From: an uncultured candidate division Zixibacteria bacterium
Lineage (GTDB): Bacteria > Zixibacteria > MSB-5A5 > UBA10806
Length of the DNA: 64,000 nt
Direction: 5' to 3'
Assembly (NCBI GenBank): GCA_963817915.1
Contig: CAWFQL010000012.1
Span: forward strand, 32,001 to 96,000
The position numbers and the translations under genes are program-made. Below, in pieces: positions 41,457 to 51,907 of the stretch; position 1 is the stretch's first letter, and every line of letters starts with the position of its first letter. The notes under the pieces were generated by a model, which saw only the letters and a program-made list of their open reading frames with translations, ran no database searches and was not told the origin of the DNA.

Positions 41457-42227
41457 ATGGAACAGCATCCAACTGCAATAGTCTCGAAGAAGGCGCAAAT
41501 CGGGACCGATGTCAAAATCGGGCCTTTTTCCATTGTTGAAGATGATGTTATTATTGGCGACGGTTGCTTTATCGATTCCCATGTTTCGATCAAGTCGGGA
41601 GTCACACTTGGGAAGAATATCAAGATCTTCCACGGGTCCGCTATAGGCGGCCCGCCGCAGGATTTGAAATACGCCGGCGAAAGAACCGAGCTGATAATTG
41701 GTGATAATACCGTTTTGCGCGAGTTCGTAGATTTGAATAGGGGAACTGTCGCTCACGGCAGGACTGAGATCGGAAAAGACTGCTTCTTTATGGCTTATTC
41801 CCATGCCGCCCATGATTGCGTTATTGGCAATAGTGTTATCATGGCGAATTCGGTCAATATGGGGGGACATGTTTCCATAGGAAATTACGCTATTATAGGT
41901 GGCTTAACCGCAATTCATCAATTCTGCAAAATCGGCGATTACTGCATGGTCGGCGCGGGTTTTAAAATATCACAGGATGTATTGCCTTACACCATGGTTG
42001 CCGGGTACCCGGTTAAATGTATGGGATTAAATCTTATCGGATTAAGGCGTCGCGGCTTCTCGCCTAAGACAATCGACATTTTGAAAAAAACCATGAGAAT
42101 TCTGATGTCGTCGAAATTAAATACTACACAGGCTCTAAAACAGATCGATAACGAAATCGAAAAAATCCCAGAAGTTTTGAAATTGCTCAAATTTATAGAG
42201 AACAGCGATCGAGGAGTTTACAAATAA
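41457..42227 (+). CDS. lpxA: Acyl-ACP--UDP-GlcNAc O-acyltransferase
   Basis: Hexapeptide repeats, PQDLKY, HAAHDC, GLNLIGLRRRGF. Confidence 0.95.
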   Translation: MEQHPTAIVSKKAQIGTDVKIGPFSIVEDDVIIGDGCFIDSHVSIKSGVTLGKNIKIFHGSAIGGPPQDLKYAGERTELIIGDNTVLREFVDLNRGTVAHGRTEIGKDCFFMAYSHAAHDCVIGNSVIMANSVNMGGHVSIGNYAIIGGLTAIHQFCKIGDYCMVGAGFKISQDVLPYTMVAGYPVKCMGLNLIGLRRRGFSPKTIDILKKTMRILMSSKLNTTQALKQIDNEIEKIPEVLKLLKFIENSDRGVYK

Positions 42228-43217
42228 TTGGATAAGGTGAGAATAGGACTTGTCGGCTGCGGGCACATGGGGAAATTCCATGCCGGTAAGCTCGCGGATT
42301 CCGACAATGCCACATATGCGGGCTGTTTCGATATCGATAGCGAAAAATCGGAAGAGATAGCCTCAAAATACAGGACGAAAAGCTTTGGCAATCTCGATGA
42401 AATGATAGGCGAGGTTGACGCTGTCAGTATCGCGGCCCCGACCAGTCTTCATTTCGAAATTGCATATAAATTTCTGCAGGCAGGGATCGCGGTGCTTCTT
42501 GAAAAACCGATCGCGCATGATCTCGAATCTGCCGAGAAATTGGTAGCGCTCTCCGAATCGAAAAATATAGTTTTGCAGATAGGCCATTCGGAACGATTCA
42601 ACCCCGCGTTCCTGGCAATTGAAAAAGGAATTTCCAATCCGAAATTTATAGAGACTCACAGGCTGGCGCCATACAAGGGACGAGGCGACGATGTCGCGGT
42701 TATTCTCGATCTGATGATACACGACCTTGATTTGATTATGGCTCTTACTCATTCAACTCCTGAGAGTATTGAGGCCGCCGGAGTGTCTGTTATTACCGAT
42801 ACAATCGATATTGCTAATGCCCGTTTGAAATTCCCGGGCGGCTGTGTAGCCAATGTCACCGCCAGCCGAATTTCGATAAGGGAATTGAGAAAGTTGCGAG
42901 TGTTCCAGAAATCGGGATATACATCGATCGACATGGCTACTCGTGCCGCTGAGCAATACGCAGTAGCCTCACCGGGCGATTTGGAATACAAAGAAGCCCC
43001 ATTGTTCGGGAAATTCCGTTTGCAGGATGGACGGGCGATTGTTAGAAAATCACCCAGGGTTCCGGGCGGCGACAGTCTGAAATTTGAGATCGAATCCTTT
43101 CTTGAAGCAGTAAAGGGCCAACATCCGGCGGTTGTCTCCGGGCGGGATGGCCTTAACGCTCTCAGGGTCGCCACTGAAATCGAAAGACTTTGCGGCGAAT
43201 ACATCAAAAAGATTTGA
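42228..43217 (+). CDS. Gfo/Idh/MocA oxidoreductase, GnnA-like (UDP-GlcNAc 3-dehydrogenase candidate)
   Basis: GCGHMG, LEKP, GHSERFNP, DLMIHDLD, TASRIS; lies between lpxA and lpxB. Confidence 0.8.
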   Translation: MDKVRIGLVGCGHMGKFHAGKLADSDNATYAGCFDIDSEKSEEIASKYRTKSFGNLDEMIGEVDAVSIAAPTSLHFEIAYKFLQAGIAVLLEKPIAHDLESAEKLVALSESKNIVLQIGHSERFNPAFLAIEKGISNPKFIETHRLAPYKGRGDDVAVILDLMIHDLDLIMALTHSTPESIEAAGVSVITDTIDIANARLKFPGGCVANVTASRISIRELRKLRVFQKSGYTSIDMATRAAEQYAVASPGDLEYKEAPLFGKFRLQDGRAIVRKSPRVPGGDSLKFEIESFLEAVKGQHPAVVSGRDGLNALRVATEIERLCGEYIKKI

Positions 43218-44350
43218 GCAGATCAATCCTTATAATAGCGGGCGAGCCATCGGGTGATACTGTTGGCGGGCTTCTCAGCGCAGAATTAAAACTGCTGAGA
43301 CCCGATCTGGAATTGTTCGGGCTTGGCGGGGATCGTATGGATGTCTCAGGTGTCGATCTCCGTTATCATGCCAATCAATTATCGTTTCTTGGCTTTGTCG
43401 AAGTCTTAAAGCATTTGCCATTCATACGAGAAGTTGAAAATGATATTATCGAGCAAGTAAAGATTCGGAAGCCGTCGCTGGCGATTTTAATCGATTACCC
43501 CGGCTTTAACCTTCGGATCGCGTCGAAGCTAAAAAGTTTGGGCATACCCATAATGTATTATGTCAGCCCGCAGGTATGGGCTTGGGGTCGTGGCCGTATC
43601 GCCAAGATAAAAAGGCTTGTCGATAAAATGGTGGTCGTATTTGAATTTGAAAAGAAAATGTACGAAAAAGAAGGTATGCCTGCCGAATGGTATGGCCATC
43701 CGCTTCTGGATATTGTTCATCCCAAGTACGATAAGAGCGAGTTTTACAAAAAGCTGGATTTGAATCCAAACCAGAAATATATCGGCCTTTTCCCCGGCTC
43801 AAGGAAACAAGAAATTGAAAAGATACTACCGGTTATGAGAGACACCCTGGAGATTCTGAATAAACATCATTCCGAATATCTGGGAATTGTCGGATGCGCG
43901 CCGGGTGCCGATATTGAAAGCTATCGAAAGCTTGGCGGCAATCAATTGCGCTATGTCAGCGCGCTCACATATGATCTGATGACATATTCGGAAATGAATC
44001 TTGTCGCCTCCGGCACTGCCACCTTAGAATGTGCCATATTGGGCAGGCCATTATTTATACTTTATGAGACATCATTCATAACTTATATCGTCGCTCGAAG
44101 CCTAATCAAAATACCATATGTAGGCCTGGTAAATGTTGTCGCGGGTGAGAAGATAATCCCGGAATTTATTCAGAACGATTGCCGTCCCGATAAAATAGCC
44201 GTAGAATTAAACGAATATCTATCAGATCGTAACGCTCAAGCACAAATAATCGGACGATTGTCCAAAATTCGATCTCATCTCGGTGAAATTGGATCCTCAA
44301 AAAGAGTGGCCGAATCAGTCCTAAAAATGATAGATATTCACGTCAATTGA
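43214..44350 (+). CDS. lpxB: Lipid A disaccharide synthase
   Basis: AGEPSGD, IDYPGFN, SPQVWAW, PGSR..E, SGTATLE. Confidence 0.95.
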   Translation: MSRSILIIAGEPSGDTVGGLLSAELKLLRPDLELFGLGGDRMDVSGVDLRYHANQLSFLGFVEVLKHLPFIREVENDIIEQVKIRKPSLAILIDYPGFNLRIASKLKSLGIPIMYYVSPQVWAWGRGRIAKIKRLVDKMVVVFEFEKKMYEKEGMPAEWYGHPLLDIVHPKYDKSEFYKKLDLNPNQKYIGLFPGSRKQEIEKILPVMRDTLEILNKHHSEYLGIVGCAPGADIESYRKLGGNQLRYVSALTYDLMTYSEMNLVASGTATLECAILGRPLFILYETSFITYIVARSLIKIPYVGLVNVVAGEKIIPEFIQNDCRPDKIAVELNEYLSDRNAQAQIIGRLSKIRSHLGEIGSSKRVAESVLKMIDIHVN

Positions 44351-44385
44351 CATTCCCGGAAATCTAAGATACATTCTTGCTTGCC

Positions 44386-45024
44386 ATGGACAATAATTAC
44401 TCATTTGGTCAACGGGTTTTGCTCATGGTAGCGCAAATATTGGGACCGGCATTTCTCTGGCTGATCGGATTTACCTGGCGAGTGAAATATGAAGGGGTTG
44501 AAAATTACGAAAATGCCATCAAGCTTAAAAATAAAGTGCTGTTTTGTTTCTGGCATTCGAGGTTATTGGGATTGTGCTACACGCATCGTTACCAGGATAT
44601 CGGGATCATGGTCTCCAAATCATTTGACGGTGAATGGATAACCAGAATCGTAACGCAAGTAGGCTATCGCACATTTCGTGGCTCATCCAGCCGCAACGGC
44701 GCGGTAGCGTTTATCGAGATGTTGAAAAATCAGGATAAGGGGGATCTGGCGCTGACTGTCGATGGTCCCCGCGGACCCGCGCAAAAAGCCAAGCCAGGAG
44801 CGATTCTTCTGGCAGCTAATTCAGGCCTGCCATTGGTGCCGATCTCATATATCGCCGATAAGGCGTGGCGCTTGAAATCCTGGGATAAGTTCATCGTGCC
44901 GAAACCGTTCTCAACGCTTACAGTGAGATATGGAAAACATATAGTAGTGCCGGAAAGTCCGTCCCAATCGGATATCGATGATTTTACATTGAAAATTGGA
45001 GAGGCTATTGATCAATTGGGATAA
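44386..45024 (+). CDS. DUF374/LpxJ-like lysophospholipid acyltransferase
   Basis: FWHSRL, SKSFDGE, RGSSSR, DGPRGP, SWDKFIVPKPF. Confidence 0.82.
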   Translation: MDNNYSFGQRVLLMVAQILGPAFLWLIGFTWRVKYEGVENYENAIKLKNKVLFCFWHSRLLGLCYTHRYQDIGIMVSKSFDGEWITRIVTQVGYRTFRGSSSRNGAVAFIEMLKNQDKGDLALTVDGPRGPAQKAKPGAILLAANSGLPLVPISYIADKAWRLKSWDKFIVPKPFSTLTVRYGKHIVVPESPSQSDIDDFTLKIGEAIDQLG

Positions 45025-45030
45025 ATTTGT

Positions 45031-46278
45031 ATGATATTAATTTATAGAGTTTTATTTCTTATTGGACTTATAGTCTGCTCTCCCTATTTACTCGTAAAAG
45101 CAATTTGGGGCAGGCATGGTATTCTTGAACGGCTTGGATTTATTGGCCATTATAAGATCAATTCCCGTCTGTTCTGGTTTCATGCGGCATCGGTCGGCGA
45201 ATTGAAAATCCTCGCAATGGTTATTCCTGAGATTAAGAAAAGGCTCCCGGATATCTCAATTGCGATTTCGACTACAACCGCCACCGGCAAGCGGAGGGCT
45301 AAAGAGATTTTCGATAAAGATACTATAATATTTCTTCAGCCGCTTGAAATCAAAACTGTCATCGGGAGAGTACTGAATACACTTAGGCCCGAAAAATTGA
45401 TAGTAGTAGAAACAGAGCTCTGGCCGTTAATGCTCACGACCGCTCATGAAAATGGCACAAATATCTATCTTATCAATGCTCGCATGAGTCAGCGATCATT
45501 TAGGTTTTATAAAATACTCAAATCCTTAATTTCGCCTGTTCTGCGAAAATTCAATGAAATCCTAACTCAGACTGAATCAGATACAAAACGATATTCCATT
45601 CTTGGAGCCAAATCGGCTCACGCGATCGGAAATATCAAATATGATCAAGTCCTTGATCTTTCCAACAACGGCAAATCCAGCCTGAAAATAGATCATGGAA
45701 ATGATCTCATCTTCGTGGCCGGTTCTATTCGTAGGGGAGAAGATGAAATTTTCGCCGACCTGATTCATAAAAGTATCAATGATAAGTTGCCAATGTTATT
45801 TATCCTTGTTCCCCGTCATATGAAGGATTTAGACAGACTCAAAAATCTTCTTGAGAGCAGAAGTATATTATTCGATCTCTGGTCTGTCCAAGATGGAAGC
45901 ATCGATAGATCTCATAAGGTGCTTGTAGTCGATACGATGGGTGAGTTGCGAGAGTTCTATAGAATTGCCAATCTCGCATTTGTCGGAGGCTCCATGGTTT
46001 CGATAGGGGGCCACGACCCTGTAGAACCTGCCGCGTTTGGCAAACCGATATTATTTGGTCCGTATATGCAGAATGCCGCCGAGGCTGCAAGATTGCTGGT
46101 GCAATCAGGCGGCGCCACTATAGTCAAAGATATCAACGAACTTGAGAAGTCTGTTCGAAACGCCGTGCAAAATCGTGATGAGCTCGCGAAAAATGGCGAA
46201 AAATGCCGTCAGGTCATATTATCCATGACCGGAGTTTCGAAAAAGACCGCGGATATTTTATTAAGAGATTTAAAATGA
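45031..46278 (+). CDS. waaA: Kdo transferase
   Basis: WFHAASVGE, ETELWP, VPRH, DTMGEL, GGHDPVEPA. Confidence 0.93.
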   Translation: MILIYRVLFLIGLIVCSPYLLVKAIWGRHGILERLGFIGHYKINSRLFWFHAASVGELKILAMVIPEIKKRLPDISIAISTTTATGKRRAKEIFDKDTIIFLQPLEIKTVIGRVLNTLRPEKLIVVETELWPLMLTTAHENGTNIYLINARMSQRSFRFYKILKSLISPVLRKFNEILTQTESDTKRYSILGAKSAHAIGNIKYDQVLDLSNNGKSSLKIDHGNDLIFVAGSIRRGEDEIFADLIHKSINDKLPMLFILVPRHMKDLDRLKNLLESRSILFDLWSVQDGSIDRSHKVLVVDTMGELREFYRIANLAFVGGSMVSIGGHDPVEPAAFGKPILFGPYMQNAAEAARLLVQSGGATIVKDINELEKSVRNAVQNRDELAKNGEKCRQVILSMTGVSKKTADILLRDLK

Positions 46279-47246
46279 GGGCGATCCTCTTATTCCCCTT
46301 TACACTCGTATATTATCTAATAAATCTTATCTGGAATTTCTATTGGAGCCGAAAGACTCCAATAAAAGTGAATTCGAAAGTTATCTCCATTGGCAATATT
46401 GCGGTTGGCGGAACCAGCAAGACTACCTTGACTATACATATCGCCCGCAGGCTGCAATCAACCGGCAGGAAAATCGCAGTCGTTGCGAGAGGATATAAAA
46501 GGAAATCATCGGCGGCCCAGATAATTTCATCCGATAGCGATATTTCCTGGGCAGAGTGCGGTGATGAGCCGATAGTTATCGCCAGATCGGTTCCGGGCAT
46601 AAGTGTTTATATCGATTCAGATAAGACTTCCGCGGCTATTCGCGCGGCCGATGACGGTAACGATATTATTCTTATTGATGACGGCTTTCAGCATCGCAAG
46701 CTTCATCGCGATATCGATATTGTTTGTATTAATTCTCATAAACCGTTCGGCAACGGACTTCTGTTGCCATCAGGCATACTTCGCGAGCCGCCAGGATCGC
46801 TTGATAGAGCCGATATTATAGTTGTCAATAAAGACAATAACGATTCACGCTCAATGGATTTTAAATCCAATAAGGCGGTTTTTAAATCATCCAAGATTTG
46901 CTCAGGTGTAAAATCGATAAGAGGCGATTCGGTCAGAATTGATGAAAATCCGGTAGTCGCTTTTTGTGGTTTAGGCAATCCAGAATCATTTCGTTCGAGC
47001 CTGGAAAGTGAAAACATAAAAGTTGCCGATTTTATCCAATTTCGCGACCACCATATCTATTCGACAAGGGACATTGATAATATTATCGATATTATGAAGC
47101 GTTCCAATGCCGCCATCGCCGTAACAAGCCTTAAAGATATTGTCAAACTCGAAAAAATCTGGCCCGCGAATTATAATTTATGCTATCTGGATATTTCGAT
47201 AATACTTGATAATGAATCCGAGTTTTATAAATTGCTCAGCATATGA
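46275..47246 (+). CDS. lpxK: Tetraacyldisaccharide 4'-kinase
   Basis: IGNIAVGGTSKT, RGY, GDEP, DDGFQH, LPSGILRE. Confidence 0.93.
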   Translation: MRAILLFPFTLVYYLINLIWNFYWSRKTPIKVNSKVISIGNIAVGGTSKTTLTIHIARRLQSTGRKIAVVARGYKRKSSAAQIISSDSDISWAECGDEPIVIARSVPGISVYIDSDKTSAAIRAADDGNDIILIDDGFQHRKLHRDIDIVCINSHKPFGNGLLLPSGILREPPGSLDRADIIVVNKDNNDSRSMDFKSNKAVFKSSKICSGVKSIRGDSVRIDENPVVAFCGLGNPESFRSSLESENIKVADFIQFRDHHIYSTRDIDNIIDIMKRSNAAIAVTSLKDIVKLEKIWPANYNLCYLDISIILDNESEFYKLLSI

Positions 47247-48850
47247 TTAGCGATTCTGACATCCTGGTTATCGGCTCAGGCATTGGCGGCTTGTACTTCG
47301 CGCTTAAGGCCGCTGAGTTCGGCAAAGTGGCCGTGATTACAAAAAAAGCCCGAATGGACGCCGCCACGAATCTAGCACAAGGCGGAATCGCTTCTGTAAT
47401 GTCTAATATGGATTCGTATGATGCCCATATCAAAGACACTCTTGTCGCGGGCGCCGGTCTTTGTCACTCCGATATAGTCGAAAAAGTTGTCAAATCGGGC
47501 CCGGAATGTATCGATCAATTGGCTAAGATCGGTGTCGAATTCTCATCGAGCACTCAAAAAGGTATTCTCGATTTGGGACGTGAAGGCGGCCATTCCCAGA
47601 AACGAGTAGTTCACGCCGCCGATTTTACCGGCAGAGCCATAGAACAGGCGTTGATAAACAAGACTCGAAGCCATCCCAATATAGAAATTTACGAACATTT
47701 TTATGCCATTGATCTGGTAACCCAGCACCATCTCAAGGGCCGCGGCGCCAAGGTTGATGGTCCAGTATGCTATGGCGCGTACGCTCTCGACACTTCATCC
47801 AATAGAGTGCGCGCATTTCGTTCGAAGATAACCATGCTCGCCACCGGTGGCGGCGGACGGATATACTACCATACTACCAATCCGGATATTGCCACTGGAG
47901 ATGGTGTCGCTATGGCATATCTGGCAGGCGCACGAATCGGCAATCTTGAATTTGTGCAATTTCACCCGACAACATTGTATCATCCCGAGGGCGATTCATT
48001 TTTGATTTCCGAGGCTGTCAGGGGAGAGGGCGGTAAACTTGTTCTGAAGAGTGGTGAACATTTCATGAAGAAATATCATCCTCTGGCCGAACTGGCTCCT
48101 CGCGATATAGTCGCTCGCGCCATCGATTCGGAACTAAAAAAGGCCGGTGAGCAATGTGTATATCTCGATGTTACTCACCTTGGCAGGGAATTTCTCGAAA
48201 AACGTTTTCCTACAATATTTAAACGATGCCTTGAATTGGGAATCAATATTGCCAATGAGCCGATACCGGTCGTGCCCGCGGCGCATTATTTCTGCGGCGG
48301 AGTTGTATCCGATGAATACGGAAGAACTGATATCCGCAATCTCTATGCTTGCGGCGAAGTTGCCATGACAGGTATGCATGGTGCAAATCGTCTGGCCTCC
48401 AATTCATTGCTCGAGGCGGTCGCGTTTTCCGAATTTGCCTATGAGAAAATACAAAACGAATTTCCGAAAATTGAAAAGCCGGCCGATATACCGCCCTGGG
48501 ATGAATCAGGTGTGTTCGATTCCGAAGAATGGGTGATTGTTTCTCATGATCGCAATACGCTTACAAGGATGATGTGGGATTACGTGGGAATAGTCCGTTC
48601 AGATAATCGTCTTCAAAAAGCCCATGAACGTTGCCAGCTCATGACCCGCGATATTATGGAATTCTATAAGAAAAATCCGGTAAGATCCGATGTAATCGAA
48701 TTGCGCAATATGGCTATCACCGCTGATCTGCTTATCAAATCGGCTATCATGCGCAAGGAATCGCGCGGCCTGCATTACAATATTGATTACCCTCTGAAAG
48801 ATGACGTTAATTTTCTCCGGGATACGATCATAGGGGAGGGGCCTAAATGA
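47243..48850 (+). CDS. nadB: L-aspartate oxidase
   Basis: AQGGIA, EGGHS, QFHPT, SEAVRGEG, HGANRLASNSLLE, ESRGLH. Confidence 0.95.
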   Translation: MISDSDILVIGSGIGGLYFALKAAEFGKVAVITKKARMDAATNLAQGGIASVMSNMDSYDAHIKDTLVAGAGLCHSDIVEKVVKSGPECIDQLAKIGVEFSSSTQKGILDLGREGGHSQKRVVHAADFTGRAIEQALINKTRSHPNIEIYEHFYAIDLVTQHHLKGRGAKVDGPVCYGAYALDTSSNRVRAFRSKITMLATGGGGRIYYHTTNPDIATGDGVAMAYLAGARIGNLEFVQFHPTTLYHPEGDSFLISEAVRGEGGKLVLKSGEHFMKKYHPLAELAPRDIVARAIDSELKKAGEQCVYLDVTHLGREFLEKRFPTIFKRCLELGINIANEPIPVVPAAHYFCGGVVSDEYGRTDIRNLYACGEVAMTGMHGANRLASNSLLEAVAFSEFAYEKIQNEFPKIEKPADIPPWDESGVFDSEEWVIVSHDRNTLTRMMWDYVGIVRSDNRLQKAHERCQLMTRDIMEFYKKNPVRSDVIELRNMAITADLLIKSAIMRKESRGLHYNIDYPLKDDVNFLRDTIIGEGPK

Positions 48851-50386
48851 CACCATCCCAGAAAATTCTGATAATCGATTATGGCTCTCAATATACGCAG
48901 CTTATCGCGCGCCGAGTTCGAGAGCAGAATGTTTTTTCCGAGATAATCAGCTGCTATCGCAAAGTTGACGATTATGATTTTTCGAATGTTGTCGGAATAA
49001 TTTTATCGGGCGGGCCATCGTCGGTATTTGATAAAGGTGCGCCAAAATTAGACAAGAATTTTATAAGGCTCAACATACCTGTTCTGGCTGTCTGTTATGG
49101 GCTTCAGCTTGCTGGCTCACAATCTTGGCGGCAAAGTAGCTCGTTCCCATAAACGAGAATACGGCCGGGCGGAAATGGCAATCAAGGGAGAATCGATACT
49201 TCTCGCTGGAATGCCATTGAAAAGCCAGGTCTGGATGAGTCATGGCGATCATGTGGATATCCTACCTCTGGGTTATAAGACTATCGGGTCTACAGAGACA
49301 ATTCCACACGCGGCGGTCATGAACTCCGAATTAAATATTTACGGTGTGCAATTTCATCCCGAAGTCGCTCATACGGAATATGGCTCGATAATTCTTCGCA
49401 ATTTCCTTTTTGATATCTGCAAATGCCGCGGAGACTGGTCGCCGCAATCGTTTATTGAAAACACTATCGATGAAATTCAACGGCAAACATCCGGCGGCAA
49501 GGTAATATGCGCCTTATCGGGCGGAGTCGATTCCGCGGTCGTTGCAATGCTTCTAAATAGGGCTATCGGTAAGAAAGCGATTTCGATATTTATCGATAAT
49601 GGTCTTTTGCGTTTGAATGAAGCCAAAGAAGTATCTTCGGCTTTCAGGAAATTCGGGATAAATCTAAAGACTATCGATTCCTCGAAGCTTTTTCTCTCTC
49701 GTCTTAAGGGCATCACCGATCCTGAAAAAAAACGAGCCCGAATCGGAAGGGCATTTATCGAAGTTTTTACTAAAGAGGCGGCCAAAATTGGCAAGGTCGA
49801 TTTTCTCGCGCAGGGGACATTATATCCGGACCTGATCGAATCGGTTTCATTCAGGGGGCCGTCACAGACAATCAAAACTCACCATAATGTCGGCGGTCTC
49901 CCCAAACGGATGCGGCTGAAATTGATCGAACCGTTAAAAGAGCTTTTCAAAGATGAGGTCCGCGCGGTTGGGCGACAGCTTGGGCTGCCGGATGAATTCA
50001 TTAAACGGCATCCATTTCCGGGGCCTGGACTGGCGGTCAGAATCCTCGGTTCTATTACGCCTGAACGGTTATCGATTCTTCGTCAGGCCGATAATATCTT
50101 CATCTCGGAATTGCGCAATTGGGAATTATATGACGATGTCTGGCAGGCGTTGGCGGTACTGCTTCCTGTGCAATCGGTCGGTGTAATGGGCGATGAAAGA
50201 ACTTACGAGAATGTGATCGCCTTACGCGCGGTTACTTCGCTCGATGCCATGACTGCCGATTGGGCCCGGCTGCCCGATGATTTCCTATCGTTTGTATCCA
50301 ATCGGATAATCAATGAAGTCAAAGGCATTAATCGCGTAGTTTACGATATATCATCCAAACCACCAGCAACAATAGAGTGGGAATAA
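48847..50386 (+). CDS. guaA: GMP synthase (glutamine-hydrolysing); +1 frameshift near 49110
   Basis: [47 protein letters not shown]. Confidence 0.95.
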
Positions 50387-50437
50387 GAATTTAATCGAAA
50401 ATTAGAATATAGTTTTTTAGAATATTATTTAGAATTT

Positions 50438-50462
50438 GGGGCGTATTGCGTAATACGCCCCT
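50438..50462. terminator. Hairpin between convergent guaA and the acyl-CoA dehydrogenase gene (terminator/REP-like)
   Basis: GGGGCGTATT-gcgt-AATACGCCCC. Confidence 0.7.
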
Positions 50463-50479
50463 TAAATTTATCGGACGTT

Positions 50480-51691
50480 TTAGACGTCACTCTTGAACGG
50501 CCAGGCCGGCAGATTGCATCGACGAGGATGATCCGTGCGGAATCCAAGCGCGTAATCTGCCTGCATCAGCTTATGGATTTCGCGTGTGCCCTCATAGATC
50601 GATGCTCCCTTGCAATTTCGGTAGAACCGCTCGACAGGATATTCATCGGAGAAACCATATGCTCCGTGCACCTGAACCGCGTCGGAGGCAGCCTTTTCGG
50701 CTTCCTGACAGCATATCCATTTAGCCAGCGATGTTTCTCTGGTGGCCCGCTTTCCTTGATTGCGAAGCGATCCGGCCTTTAGCCAGAGCAATCGAGAATA
50801 TTCATATCCGGCAATCATGCCAGATAACATTTCCTTTACCAGTTGATGCTCGGCTATCGGGACAGTAAAGGTGTGACGGGTATGGGCGTAGTTGAGCGAA
50901 GCGTCCAGACAGGCTTTCACTAATCCTGTCGATCCCGCCGCGACAGTATATCTACCTTGCTCCAGACAGAACATGGCGATTTTGAAACCTTCACCTTCAT
51001 TGCCAAGCAGATTTTCCTGAGGCACTTCAACATCCTGCATGGCAATCGAGCCCGTATTTCCAGCGCGAACACCGAGCTTGCCGTGAATTGTAGCGGTTGT
51101 CACTCCCGCGAATGACCGTTCCACAATAAATGCCGAGATACCGCTATGGTCGCGCTTGTTTTTCTTGGCTATATCTGTCCAGGCGAAGATCAGGAAGTTG
51201 TCGGCGACATCTGCAAGACTGATCCACATCTTTTCGCCGTTGAGAATATACTTATTTCCCTTTTTGATCGCGGTGGTCTGAATACCTACAACATCCGAAC
51301 CGGCATTGGGCTCGGTTAATCCAAAGGTCGCTATTTTTTCGCCTTTGGCCTGAGGAACGAGATATTTCTCCTTTTGGGCTGGATTGCCCCAGGATAGCAT
51401 TGTCAGTGAATTAAGGCCGATATGGACAGATAAGATTACGCGCGCCGATGTGTCAACATATTCCAATTCTTCGCAGGCCAGGCCCAAAGAAATATAATCC
51501 ATGCCTGCCCCGCCGTATTTTTCAGGCAGGCAGATTCCGAGAATATCGGCGTCCGCCATTTTGGTCAGGATCGAACGATCAAATTTTTGAGTGCGATCAT
51601 TTTCCTGAATAGTCGGGACAATATTCTTAGCCGCGAAATCCTTGCATAATTTTTGTACTGATATGTGGTCGTCGTTAAGTTCGAAATTCAT
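50480..51691 (-). CDS. Acyl-CoA dehydrogenase (glutaryl-CoA dehydrogenase-like)
   Basis: FGLTEPNAGSD, LNGEKMWIS, QVHGAYGFS, IYEGT. Confidence 0.88.
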   Translation of the reverse strand: MNFELNDDHISVQKLCKDFAAKNIVPTIQENDRTQKFDRSILTKMADADILGICLPEKYGGAGMDYISLGLACEELEYVDTSARVILSVHIGLNSLTMLSWGNPAQKEKYLVPQAKGEKIATFGLTEPNAGSDVVGIQTTAIKKGNKYILNGEKMWISLADVADNFLIFAWTDIAKKNKRDHSGISAFIVERSFAGVTTATIHGKLGVRAGNTGSIAMQDVEVPQENLLGNEGEGFKIAMFCLEQGRYTVAAGSTGLVKACLDASLNYAHTRHTFTVPIAEHQLVKEMLSGMIAGYEYSRLLWLKAGSLRNQGKRATRETSLAKWICCQEAEKAASDAVQVHGAYGFSDEYPVERFYRNCKGASIYEGTREIHKLMQADYALGFRTDHPRRCNLPAWPFKSDV

Positions 51692-51843
51692 ATTTTTCTC
51701 CTGTAATCAATTCTAAGCAAGATCGCCTTTTTGGCGTAAATAGATAAATGGGACTCTGCCCAAAATACTGCCGTTGACTATAATAAATTTGCCTCCGAAT
51801 ACCAAATAAAATTATCAGGAGCATTTGCTGATAATACCTGCGC

Positions 51844-51876
51844 AAAAAAAACCGCGAATTACATCATAATTCGCGG
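51844..51876 (-). terminator. Intrinsic terminator after the DUF1573 gene
   Basis: CCGCGAATTA-5 nt-TAATTCGCGG followed by T8 on the minus strand. Confidence 0.82.
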
Positions 51877-51907
51877 CTTCAATAATCCGATTAAACTAAG
51901 CGAAATT

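Noticed and set aside
41271..41870. Long antisense or alternate-frame ORFs (e.g. 41271-41870, 42749-43207, 2393-2878, 1263-1697, 62493-62945)
   Set aside because: They are shadows of well-supported genes, with no recognisable motifs or RBS.
48847..50386. Programmed frameshifting or true pseudogenes at guaA, hppA and others
   Set aside because: There is no shared slippery sequence or stimulatory structure, and no other decay in the affected genes. Sequencing error is more parsimonious.
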